This document shows, in pieces, positions 1-11,880 of a stretch of DNA of 64,000 nt (position 1 is its first letter; the number at the start of each line of letters is the position of its first letter). A program made the translations under genes and the position numbers. Origin of the DNA: Octopus sinensis (taxonomy: Eukaryota); assembly GCF_006345805.1 (NCBI RefSeq), contig NC_043014.1, positions 6,014,001 to 6,078,000 of the forward strand, read 5' to 3'. The notes under the pieces were generated by a model. The model was not told the DNA's origin. It made no database searches and saw nothing but the letters and a program-made list of their open reading frames with translations.

Positions 1-1154
1 CCTGTTCATCTGTGAGAGACTTGATGGTGGCTCTGTTGCCTCGTTGCGTCTCCACCACTCGGGCCTCTTGGGCGGCTCCAACTCCTTCGTTCCTCAGAGC
101 ACACATCCTAGCTCTGACAACGCATCCTTCGTGTTTGGCGTTGAGGTGTTGGTCGAGGGCCAATCTCGTTGCCAGTACGTTGGACGCGATGCCAGTTCTA
201 AGTGCCTCTTCTAAAACCTTAACTAATTCTCCCTCTATTCTATTTCGGTCTAATGCTAGGGCTTTACTGTATCTGACTGATTCTGCTTTAATTGCTTTTT
301 TTTAGGGCATACCACCATCTGTTGTTGATGATGGTACCCGTCAAAGCTCTCTTAACTAATGTGCTGATCCGGTCCCTGTAAACCTGTCGTGCTGTAAAAG
401 ACGCGTTCAGCTTCCAGTAACTAGGACCCTGCCTATGTGTCTTATCTAAGTCAAGTGTACAAGTCACAAACTTGTGATCTGTGTAACTGACTATATGAAA
501 TTGTGGACAACCTACACTATTTTTATCTATTGTCCTACAGAATACTCTATCTAAGTATGATCTGGACGACCCGATGCGGTTACTCCATGTCCACATTGGC
601 ACATTCGGGTGGTCCAGTCGGTACCTGTCAGACAGTTGGAAACGTCTGAGCAGGTCTTTGAGGCATTTGCATCCCCTTCTATTGCTATCTCTGCCCACGT
701 AGTCTAGATGCGTGTCCAGGGTGGCATTCCAATGCCCCACTAAAAGTAAAGGACGAGACGTTCCCATGAAAGACTCTAGACGTCGAAAGAAATCTGGTCG
801 GCCTGTTAAGGACGGTGCATAAACTGTTATCAGTCGAAAAGCACACTCATTGCTGCCATCGACACCCAAAACGACCAGCCTAACCTCCGGGTCTAGGAAA
901 ATTGCTCTTACTTTGAGGTCCAGACTCTTCCGGAGAAGCACCGCGGTGCCACCTCCGCCCATTCTCGGTAGACACGGAGAAAAATAAATGTTGAAATGTG
1001 TGCCGAACATGTGCTGGAGTGCCCGCGAGCTGTGGAGTCTGGTCTCACTGATGGCTATGATATGCAGATTTAGTGACTTGATATCATTTAACAGGTAGCC
1101 TTGTTTCCAAGACGACCCCAAGCCACGTACATTTATACTGCCTATTTTGAGCAT
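1..1154 (-). mobile_element. L1/Tx1-clade LINE ORF2 5' part (APE endonuclease), frameshifted near 290, continues off the window
   Basis: IGSINVRGL, IAISET, VYAP, G(D)WNATLD, SYLDRVF, SYTDHKFV and GPSYWKLN motifs. Confidence 0.9.
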
Positions 1155-1341
1155 GTTCCAATAAAAATTGTGTTTAACACACGAAAAGAAAGTGCAAAAA
1201 AAGAAAGAGAGAGAGAGAGAAAAGGTTACTTGTCCGAAAGTCCTTTGTTTTTCACCTCACAGTCTTCTGCCATGAGGTTTTTATACAGTTTCTTTGATAG
1301 GTATTTTTGAAATCTCCCTACTGCATCAGGGTAGAGAGATT

Positions 1342-3448
1342 TCAGGGTGCTGTGTGTGTTACATGTATTATTTTAATGTGTTGTGGTGGTGTTGTGCGTG
1401 GGTGGTTATTTGTTTTTATGTCGTTTTCAGTTATGTTGGTGTTTGACCTAATGTATTCCATTAGGTCGTGGTTGTTTGTGTTTATGGCTGTCAACATTGA
1501 TGATGGTTTGATGATGGTGTGTTTGCGTTGATGTGTTCGTTTTCTGTTGATGTTTTTGTTTCGAGAGTGGTGAATCTTCCTGCTTTGTTTGTTATCTTTT
1601 CTATTCTTTCTTTTCCTCTTTTTCTCCCCCCCCCCTGTGGCTATTTGCCAATCCTCTGTGTCTTCTTCATCTAATGACAAGTCAGAGGAATCAGAGAGTG
1701 GAGGGGAAAAGTATTGGGGTCTATTTTAGACTGTGTTGATTTTGTTGTTGGTGTTGGTTGGTGAGCGTTAGGTTGTGGTGTATGCTGTTTTGGAGGTGGG
1801 GTGTGGGTATTTTGTGTTTGAGTGATTGTAGGTATTGTTGTGTTGTTTGGGGTGTCAGTTTTGTGGGGATTTGGAGTGGTAATTGTTTCTTCATTTTCGA
1901 TGCTTGTCTTTTTGGTAGATGTTCTTGGTTTGGGAGTTGGTTTATTCTTGGTTGTTGTTGTTGGTGTTGTTTCTGTTCTTGGTGCAGTTGGTGGTGTTGT
2001 TTGGTTGGGTAGGTTTGTTTTTTGTTGATTTTCTGTGATTAGTCCTTTTATTGTTCGTACAAACTGTGGTGTGGGTAGTAAAGCTGGCTTTTTTGTTTTT
2101 TTCCGGCTGCTGTTGTTGTTGCTGTTGTTTTCTTGCGGCAGATTTGCAATCTTTTTTTAGATGTTGCTCACTGCCGCATATGTAGCAACGTGGTCTTCTG
2201 CCATCGACGACCATATACAACTTGTGGTCTTCTGATACATATATCTGGGTGGGTATTTTCTTGATATCATCTTGGTTGATGTGTAGTAGAAATTCTACTC
2301 TTTTTCCCACCCAGTTTTCGTGTTCCGTGACCATAGTTTGTAAAATTGTGAAATCTTCCATTTCCACACATATGACCGTTGCTAGCCATAGATTGTTCGC
2401 TATTTTTGGAACATTGTTTAAAGTGATCTTAGTCACTTTCTGTCCACGATAGCTTGGTATTAATGTCAGTTCATCTGCATGAAAAGTTAGCGTTGAGAAA
2501 TGATTTGCTAACTCTTCAGTATATGCGCGAACTTGTTCCACCAAGTCACATACTCTTTGAAGTTCCAGATGGGTTGCAAGCATTTTTCGATTTTGCTTGT
2601 GTTAGCGTTCTCTGGACTTTTTGTTTTCTTATTAATTATTTTATATATAATAGTTCTTTTTTTTTCATTTTCTAATATTTGTTGTGGTATGTTTATATTT
2701 ACCATGCCATATTCTTTCGTTATGAAAACTTTGGTATCTTTTATCTGTTGTGCAGTAAAATATACTGTTGTCTTTTTTTCTTTCATCGCCTCGGCGAAAT
2801 TTGTTGTTGTTTTGTTATTGTTGTTGCTGGTGGTGATGTTGTTGTTGGCTGCAGTTGGTAAAATCGGTGTATTTGGTTTGATTGTGCAAGTAGGAAGGGG
2901 TGGAAAATTACTTGCATAGTTTGTCCCTGCGTTCGAGCAGCTTTCGTCAATTTGTTTGGTGGTCACAGTCTTTTGTTTATCTCCTTCAGTTCTTGGTGTT
3001 GGAGGAAACAAGGTCTGAACGGAATTGTTGTTGTTGTTATTGTTGCTTTTGCTGTTGGTGTTGGCGGTGGTGTCAGTGGCAGAAGAGACAGCCGTGGCAG
3101 CAGATATCGAAATGGTGGCACAATTGTTGTTATTCTTGTTGTCATTGTTATTGTTGTTGTTGTTGGTAGTTGAGGTAGTAGATGAGGTGGCGGTGGTGGT
3201 GGTGGTGGTGGGGTGGAGGCGGTGGTGGTAGCAGTGGTAGTCTCGTTGTTGTTGTTGTTAGTGGTGGTGGTGGTGACAGGGCTGTTACCGCAAGTGGCTG
3301 CAGCGTTCACCACCACGTCACTCAGGTTTGTCTTTGTCGAAAGTGTGTGCGTACATAAGTTCTTTTTTTCTCCTGGCGTTTCAAGTCTAGGAAAATGCTG
3401 GTCCATAAAGGAACGCGACCAGCGCTCTACAATAACATTTCTCGACAT
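1342..3448 (-). mobile_element. LINE ORF1 (gag-like, CCHC knuckle), broken by frameshifts in (AAC)/(CAC) tracts
   Basis: Overlapping ORFs 2963..3448, 2508..3011, 1942..2583 and 1342..1680; motif GRRPRCYICGSEQHLKKDC; lies directly upstream of ORF2. Confidence 0.75.
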
Positions 3449-3784
3449 TTTTTAATGTCGAGAAGAAAAATACGCAGATTAAATAGGGCTGAAACTGCCC
3501 CTTGGGGCGAATTCCTCCCTTGGAAAAGCACTCAAACGAAAGTTGGGTGCCTTACACACCCTATTTACAAAAATGTACACAAAATATGGGCTATAAATAG
3601 TCAAAATAAACGATTACCTTCGGAGCCGAGGTGACAATACGTCAATCGATAGATATATAGATAGATAGATAGATAGATGAGTCAATGAGCAGACAAAAAC
3701 ACGATGCAACTAAACGTGGGAAAATTTGATCTGACGCATTTTGGAAAAAAGACTATGCTTAAACAACCATACTCTCTTCCTTTA

Positions 3785-5860
3785 GGGAAACCTCTCACAA
3801 CATCTAATAATATCAGAAACCTAGGAGTAAATTGTTGATAACAATCTCAGTTGGAGTGACCACATCAACAATAACGTCGATATAGCTCGTAGGATGAGCT
3901 CCTGGATCTTAAGAACCTTCCGATCCAGAGAAGACAGTGTCATCATTCCATTTTTCTCCTCCTTTGTACGGCCACACCTCGGGTACTGCTGCCCCTGTGG
4001 TCTCCCCATACAAAACAAAATATCTCAAAAATTGAATCACCCCAGAGGGTATTCACTAAACCTATTCAGGTATGACTGATCTCAATTACAGGAAACGCCT
4101 TAAAACATTGAAACTCTACTCTTTCCAGCACCGATGTGGAGAATATGTACCTATTTCTTTACTACCCTCAAGGGGCTAAACACAGAGGAGACAAACAAGG
4201 ACAGACAAACGGGTTAAGTCGATTACATCGACCCCAGTGCGTAACTGGTACTTATTTAATCGACCCCGAAAGGATGAAAGGCAAAGTCGACCTCGGTGGA
4301 ATTTGAACGCAGAAAGTAGCGGTAGACGAAATACCTATTTCTTTACTACCCACAAGGGGCTAAACACAGAGGAGACAAACAAGGACAGACAAACGGGTTA
4401 AGTCGATTACATCGACCCCAGTGCGTAACTGGTACTTATTTAATCGACCCCGAAAGGATGAAAGGCAAAGTCGACCTCGGCGGAATTTGAACTCAGAACG
4501 TAACGGCAGACGAAATACCTATTTCTTTATTACTCACAAGGGGCTAAACACAGAGGAGACAAACAAGGACAGACAAACGGGTTAAGTCGATTACATCGAC
4601 CCCAGTGCGTAACTGGTACTTATTTAATCGACCCCGTAAGGATGAAAGGCAAAGTCGACCTCGGCGGAATTTGAACGCAGAAAGTAGCGGTAGACGAAAT
4701 ACCTATTTCTTTACTACCCTCAAGGGGCTAAACACAGAGGAGACAAACAAGGACAGACAAACGGGTCAAGTCGATTACATCGACCCCAGTGCGTAACTGG
4801 TACTTATTTAATCGACCCCGAAAGGATGAAAGGCAAAGTCGACCTCGGCGGAATTTGAACTCAGAACGTAGCGGTAGACGAAATACCTATTTCTTTACTA
4901 CCCACAAGGGGCTAAACATAGAGGAGACAAACAAGGACAGACAAACGGGTTAAGTCGATTACATCGACCCCAGTGCGTAACTGGTACTTATTTAATCGAC
5001 CCCGAAAGGATGAAAGGCAAAGTCGACCTCGACGGAATTTGAACTCAGAACGTAACGGCAGACGAAATACCTATTTCTTTATTACCCACAAGGGGCTAAA
5101 CACAGAGGAGACAAACAAGGACAGACAAACGGGTTAAGTCGATTACATCGACTCCAGTGCGTAACTGGTACTTATTTAATCGACCCCGGAAGGATGAAAG
5201 GCAAAGTCGACCTCGGCGGAATTTGAACTCAGAACGTAGCGGTAGACGAAATACCAATTTCTTTATTACCCACAAGGGGCTAAACACAGAGGAGACAAAC
5301 AAGGACAGACAAACGGGTTAAGTCGATTACATCGACCCCAGTGCGTAACTGGTACTTATTTAATCGACCCCGTAAGGATGAAAGGCAAAGTCAACCTCGC
5401 GGAATTTGAACTCAGAAGGTAGCAGCAGACGAAATACCGCGAAGCATTTCACCCGGCGTGCTATCGTTTCTGCCAGCTTACCGACAGCATTGTCCAAACG
5501 ACCTCAACACTAGCTTCGAAATTCATCAAAGGTTAGGAGCACGGGTTATACGTCCCCTACCCAATTCAGGATCACAACGCAAAAATACACTGCAACACAA
5601 TTTCTTTTCCTCAACAGGCCCTGCCCTATATAACATTGTCCCAAAACAGATCAGTGAGGAAAAGGATCCCACCACCTTTAAACGGAATCTCGACAAATTT
5701 ACCTGGATACAACCTATACCTGGATACAACTCACTCAATAAGATCTCCTTACTCGAATGGACCACAAAACTTGACTCAAAAAGGGCTTAGATAATCCTAT
5801 CAGGTGGTGCTATTAAGTTATACATGGCCTGGACCAATCTTTGGCCGAAAAATATCTAAG
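3785..5860 (+). mobile_element. CR1-clade LINE 3' portion, interrupted by the SINE array at 4149-5485
   Basis: LGV..DNNLSWSDHI, RMSSWILRTF, FVRPHL.YC, RLKTLKLYS before the array; HNFFSSTGPALYNIVP..FKRNLDKF after it; the 3' tail CAGGTGGTGCTATTAAGTT recurs at 21504. Confidence 0.85.
4149..5485 (-). repeat. SINE-A multimer: one tRNA-like head plus 7 tandem 184-bp bodies
   Basis: Unit starts at 4149, 4333, 4517, 4701, 4885, 5069 and 5253; head at about 5436-5485; B box GAGTTCAAATTCC in every unit. Confidence 0.92.
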
Positions 5861-5862
5861 TT

Positions 5863-5901
<39 letters not shown>

Positions 5902-6045
5902 TGTGTGTGTGTGGTGTGTGTGTGTGTGTGTGTGTATGTGTGTGTGTGAGAGTGTGTGTATGTAAATATACATATGTACATATATATACATATATACATT
6001 TATATATATATAATATATATATATATATAATATATAATATATATT

Positions 6046-6118
<73 letters not shown>

Positions 6119-6344
6119 ATAATATATATATATTATATATATATATAATGGCGGTGCCCCAGCATGGCCACAGTTTGTGAGCTGAAACAAGATAAAAAAT
6201 ATTTTTTTTTAAATAAATTATTCTTTGTATGTGTGTATGTAAATATACATATATAAATATATATATATAATAATATATATATAATATATATATATATAAT
6301 ATATATATATATAATATATATATATTATATATATACTACATATT

Positions 6345-7214
6345 TGAGAAATTTTGTCTGGGTGTGTTTGTGGAGTTGTTAGTTAGCTAACCCCTCCTAC
6401 ATCGTCTTATCGATGTTAGTGCAACTTGACACGTGAGAAGACATCATGGCATCATGGCATGCTCAGATTGTTGGAAAATTCGATAATAGGGCTCCTGGAA
6501 GGGATCATTATATATCTCTAATATATTTCATTTTAACAGGCAAGGGAAATAACCTATTCACACAGATTTTAACAGGCAATGGAATTAACCCTTTCGCTAG
6601 ATTTTAACATCCAAGGGAAATAACCCATTCGCCCAGATTTTAATATTCAAGGGAAATAACCCATTCGCCCACATTTTAACAGCCAAGGGAAATAATCCAT
6701 TTATTTCCCTAATTAAATTGCTATAAATCAAATTGAGTATGCTTATTTCTTAGTATTTGAACTGTTAGAGTCATTTTAAACAAGTAAATAATATTTTCCT
6801 AAACAATAGATCCACTTATTTCGGTTAGTGACTTATTCGCAAATATACCAACACTAGCCCCACAAAGGGTAATATTCTCTGGGAATGCACAAAAGCCCTT
6901 ATCAGAGTTATTTACTTGGAAATGTTATTATCTCATATCTTATTAGCCTGTTATTACCTAACATGCTTCACGATTTTAGTATACATACCTTATTAGTATC
7001 TCCTCCTAAGTTCTATATACTATGGGAACGCATTAAAGCCCTTTTCGGGGCTACTTTATTTGAATTCTTGATATCGGGTAACTAATTTCATGTTATTACA
7101 TAAGTGGCTTCACAATCTGGGTAAGACAATTCGGTATTCTCTGTATATACTTTATGAGAAAGAAACCAAGAGATAAGCCCCGCTTTCCCTGGTATTACCG
7201 GGCACGTCAGCTAG
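6345..7214 (+). mobile_element. Probable Helitron-like element of another family
   Basis: 3' end CCCTGGTATTACCGGG hairpin followed by CAGCTAG|T; internal minisatellite; 5' boundary uncertain. Confidence 0.45.
6531..6710. repeat. 35-36-bp minisatellite, 5 units
   Basis: Units start at 6531, 6567, 6602, 6638 and 6674; core TTTTAACA..CAAGGGAAATAACC. Confidence 0.85.
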
Positions 7215-8299
7215 TATATATATATATATATATGTGTGTGTATATATGTATGTATGTATGTATGTATATGTATATGTATATGTATGTATGTATATGTATG
7301 TTTGTATATGTATGTATATATGTATGTATGTATATGTATGTATGTATATATGTATGTATGTATATATGTATGTATGTATATATGTATGTATGTACGTATA
7401 TATGTATGTATGTATGTATATATGTATATATATATATATATGTATGTATATATGTGTGTATATATATATATAGATATATATATGTATATATATGTATATA
7501 CATACATGCATACATCTATGCCCGTGTATATTTGAGAAGTGTATAGCCAGTTTATATAGCACCAGTATACAGGAAATCTAATCCTCAGCTCTTTCGTATG
7601 CAATTAATCAATATCCTATTGCGTATATTCCCTGACATCTTTCTTACTAATTTTTGTGATATTCGATTGAACGCCAAATGATATATTGACTTTCGAGCTT
7701 AAATCCGGAATATTCTTCGCCAGTGCTAGACTCTAAAGGGATCATGATGGATAACTACGTTAAAGAAACTCAGGGCAACAGAGCTTTTGCATTAATTCAA
7801 ATCAACTTTTAAATATTGCATTATATTCCCTTGAGATTTTCTTTTAAGCATGCAGTGGAAAAATCCAACAATGGATTAGGACGGTGTACATGAATGGTTA
7901 GCAACGAGCTTATAAGAAAATATTCTTTGGTGGAGAGAGATACAGAATTGGAGAATTTGCACATCTCTATCAGAAAAATATCATACAGAAATTTAGCCCC
8001 AAAAAATTAGTCTTCTCTTGACAAGCAACAAAACTCTCTTTATAATGTGTATGCTTTTGCCATATAAAGTCATAGAATAAAGAAATACCCGATGCACAGA
8101 AGGCCTAGGAATGCAAGCAAACCCCCAAAATGTAACACGATATAAGAGATTTGGTGGAATGATCAATGTCGATGTCACCCACATCTTCATAAGAAGCTGT
8201 TTGAAAATGTCTTCATTTTATTGAATTGTTTTAAATTCTAGACGATAATAAATATTCTGAAATTCTATTTGCGTGTTGCTATTTCTATTTTTTTCACAG

Positions 8300-8351
8300 A
8301 TCTGTTTCATCTCCAAGAGAGCTCTCGACGATAGACCTAATGACACACCAT
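8300..8351 (+). pseudogene. Orphan paralogue of exon 2 (ICFISKRALDDRPNDTP)
   Basis: TATTTCTATTTTTTTCACAG acceptor and GTAAGA donor match those of exon 2; peptide aligns to NRFLSKKSLDDKPDTP; no partner exons found nearby. Confidence 0.7.
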
Positions 8352-8393
8352 GTAAGAACTGGCCTTATATATACATATATATATATATATATA

Positions 8394-8440
8394 CTAGCAG
8401 TAGTACTCGGCGTTGCACGGGTCTTAATAAATTACGTTTC
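8394..8440 (-). mobile_element. Helitron-type 3' terminus
   Basis: Minus strand reads ACCCGTGCAACGCCGAGTACTACTGCTAG|T. Confidence 0.65.
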
Positions 8441-9119
8441 AACTGCGGAAAGATGAGGCCTTGCACTTGAGGAAATTTTTTGAGCCCTACCTCGGCTACA
8501 GCGTTCACGCAATGCTCTTCAGATTGCAACACCTTAGTCCTCAGCCCAGCGCAGATTAGAACCATACACTTGAGAATGAAGCCATAGAATGAATGTATAG
8601 GAAGAGAACGAGTTGAACAATTTCAGCGTTTCTTAAGGGCGGGGGACCATGTGAGCGATAGTTTGCTCCCAGTTGAAGGAGGTTAATGGTCAACAGTTGG
8701 AATGTTGCCCTCAAGAGGTTCGTGCAAAACGTAGCCGCCATGCGTTTTGTCAATTGGTATCCTTTCCATTGAATTGGTCACTTTAATGTTATGAATAAAC
8801 ATACTTGGGGTAACCTACCGTATAGAAGGCAGCAGAAATGTCCTCAAATATGCGATACCTAACTTGCCTTTCCGCTGGTTCGTTTGTAGCAGCTGGTTCA
8901 CAACACTGTTTCTTCGCATTATTATCGTGCAACTGCAACGAATCGCCACCTCTTTGCCATCGTAGGGACACCACACGAACGCCTTCCATAAACCCACAGA
9001 ATGTCAAGAGGTAGGCGCTCTTTTCTGATGCTTCCGCTTGAAACGGAGTACGCTCAAATAGTAAAAGTATCTGAGCGTACCCCGTGATATGCATGCATGG
9101 CGATAACGTAGTAAGGCCC

Positions 9120-9710
9120 CGGAGCAGGGAAAGGTGAAGATACCTTCCTCTCTTCCATTGCAGGGAGAGGCGGAGGAGCTTGTTGAGGGGTTGGCCTCGA
9201 CAAAGAGGATGAGGAAGGTGAGGTGTAGGTTGCGGAAGAGGAGAGGGACTCCTCAGGTTTGCCGGTGGAGGCCCCGACTCTCGCAACCGGGAATAGAGAG
9301 AAGAAAAGAAAAAGAAGACAGTCGGCGAATGGTGCTGTGCCGCCGATCGAAACTGATGTTCATCCGGTTGGAAGTGTACCAGCGGAGCGAGAGGCTCTGT
9401 CAGTGGGGATTGTGTCACTGACAGAGAAGGTTGAGGCCCCTCCCCGTGAGAAAGATGTGGAACTTTTCATTTTCTACCTCAAGGAAGGGCCGGTTGAGAT
9501 GTACTTGGATAGTCTTCTAAACCGAGAACGATACGACTCGGTCTGTATAGACAGTCCATGTTGCCCTCCGCGGGTGGCTGCGGAGGCCGTCACCAAAGAA
9601 GAATTGAGGTCAGCAGGACCTGCAATAATGAGGATTTTGTGTCCCTCCGTCCGGGACTGCAGGCGGCAGGAAACTTACTTGGGGGCCCAGACGAGGAAGG
9701 TGAATGAAAA
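9120..9710 (+). mobile_element. Probable LINE ORF1 C-terminal fragment
   Basis: GC-richer ORF 9259..9819 with basic EKKRKRR patch; family assignment is from recall only. Confidence 0.4.
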
Positions 9711-9750
9711 AAGAATTTTTGTTTTTGAAATTTTTATAATTGTATCTAAT

Positions 9751-10163
9751 TCTTTACTCTTTTACTCTTTTACTAGTTTCAGTCATTTGACTGCGGCCAT
9801 GCTGAAGCACCGCCTTTAGTCGAGCAAATCGATCCCGGGACTTATTCTTTGTAAGCCCAGTACTTATTCTATCGGTCACTTTTGCCGAACCGCTAAGTAA
9901 CGGGGACGTAAACACACCAGCATCGTTATTAAGCAATGCTAGGGGGACAAACACAGACACACAAACATACACACACATACATATATATATACATATATAC
10001 GACAGGCTTCTTTCAGTTTCCGTCTACCAAATCCACTCACAAGGCATTGGTCGGCCCGGGGCTATAGCAGGAGACACTTGCCCAAGATGCCACGCAGTGG
10101 AACTGAACCCGGAACCATGTGGTTGGTAAACAAGCTACTTACAACACAGCCACTCCTGCGCCT
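9751..10163 (-). mobile_element. SINE-B (tRNA-like head, central TA/CA microsatellite, (GTAAAAGA)n tail)
   Basis: Full-length match to other copies in the window. Confidence 0.85.
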
Positions 10164-10462
10164 AATTACTGTATATTAATTTTTATTCTTGATTTTAAAT
10201 TGAACAATGTTTTCCGGGGGTTATCGGTCGGCAGGCGCCGGTACCCCTCTCATTTTTATTCATTTTTATCGTTATCATCCTCATCACATTAATGTCCTTG
10301 TCTAGCCTGCGGCTAATCTGTGTACTGCCCTTGTTGCAAACTATATTTGCTCTCTTTACCCTCACTTTTATGTGTGTTGTAATCTTTTTACATGAAATGT
10401 ATTTATCTCCGGGGATTTATCCTGTCTTCGAATAGCTGAGTGAAATAAATCCTCGTGTAAAT

Positions 10463-10880
10463 AGGCGCAGGAGTGGCTGTGTGGTAAGTAGCTTGCCTAC
10501 CAACCACATGGTTCTGGGTTCAGTCCCACTGCGTGACATCTTGGGCAAGTGTCTTCTGCTATAGCCTCGGGCCGACCAATGCCTTGTGAGTGGATTTTGT
10601 AGACGGAAACTGAAAGAAGCCTGTCGTATATATGTATATATATGTATGCATTGTATTGTATGTATGTGTTGTGTGTCTGTGTTTGTCCTCTAGCATTGCT
10701 TGACAACCGATGTTGGTGTGTTACGTCCCCCACATAGCGGTCGGCAAAAGAGACCGATTGAATAAGTACTGGGCTTACAAAGAATAAGTCCCGGGATCGA
10801 TTTGCTCGACTAAAGGCGGTGCTCCAGCATGGCCGCAGTGAAATGACTGAAACAAGTAAAAGAGTAAAAGAGTAAAGAGT
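10463..10880 (+). mobile_element. SINE-B
   Basis: AGGCGCAGGAGTGGCTGTGTGG head through GTAAAAGAG tail. Confidence 0.85.
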
Positions 10881-11730
10881 GTTTGATGATCTCTGCTGTC
10901 GAAATGAGGCCATTTTGTCTGGTTGATTTCTTTTCTTATTCTTGTATATCAGCGTTTAGTGTATGATATGAGTGTTCTGTGCATAGGGTTTCATTTTGTC
11001 ATAATTTGTGGAGAGGTGGGAAGGTTGTGATTTAGATTTAGGATTGGCAGGACCAATACTTATTTCGACTGTCTTTTGAAGGATTCATGGTGTAAATGCC
11101 ACAGTCTCAGAAATCTTAAAATGATTATAAGATGAGAGGTTGAAATGGAACAGAAAACTTTCCTGATTAATAACGGCAAATAGAATGGATTGTGTGGAAG
11201 TATCTGGTTGTTGTTGAAAGAATCAGTTAAGTTCTGTGCTAAGTAATGTAGCGGTACATGGCTCCTTGTCAGAATCCGAGTTGTAATTTGAAAACCAAGA
11301 TGTCTGAGATAGTAGCGTCGAGTATTAGATTTTCTAAGGCTGTGCATGAAAAGCTGATATAATTCTATGGTGGTACTTTATTTGGGGATTTATTGAATCA
11401 TGAGACAGAAGACGAAAGAACGAAATAACATTTTATTTCAACGATAAGTTTGGTAAGCTGAAAACTTACAAAATGTTTTCTAGAATTATTCCAATAGGAT
11501 TACATCGTTTTATGAGGATAGTTTTCGCGCCAATCAAAGTAACTAATGAGTTTCCTTTTTGTGTGAAGAGAGAGGTAGAGAGAGAGAGGGGGGAGAAAGA
11601 GAGAGAGAGAGAGAGAGAGGGAGAAAGAGAGAGAAAGAGAACGAGAGAGAAAGAGGCAATGAAGCTGATTAGAGACTATGGATAAAGTAAGAAAGAGCAT
11701 TCTATGAAAGAGGGGAAGGCATAAAAAATA

Positions 11731-11880
11731 TCTTTTACATGTTTCAGTCATTTTATTGCGGCCATGCTGGAGCACCGCCTTTAGTCGAACAAATCAATCC
11801 CTGGACTTATTCTTTGTAAGCCTAGTATTTATTATATCGGTTGCTTGTGCCGTGTCGCTAAGTAACGGGGACGTTGCAGA
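11731..11880 (-). mobile_element. SINE-B 3' fragment
   Basis: Tail and 3' body only. Confidence 0.75.

Noticed and set aside
4149-5485. CRISPR-like regular repeat arrays (also 28965-30445 and others)
   Set aside because: Units are near-identical along the full 184 bp with no unique spacers, there are no cas genes, the context is eukaryotic, and the units are SINE bodies.
7600-8250. Possible processed pseudogene or transposase fragment
   Set aside because: Stops occur in all frames and I could not recognise any motif.
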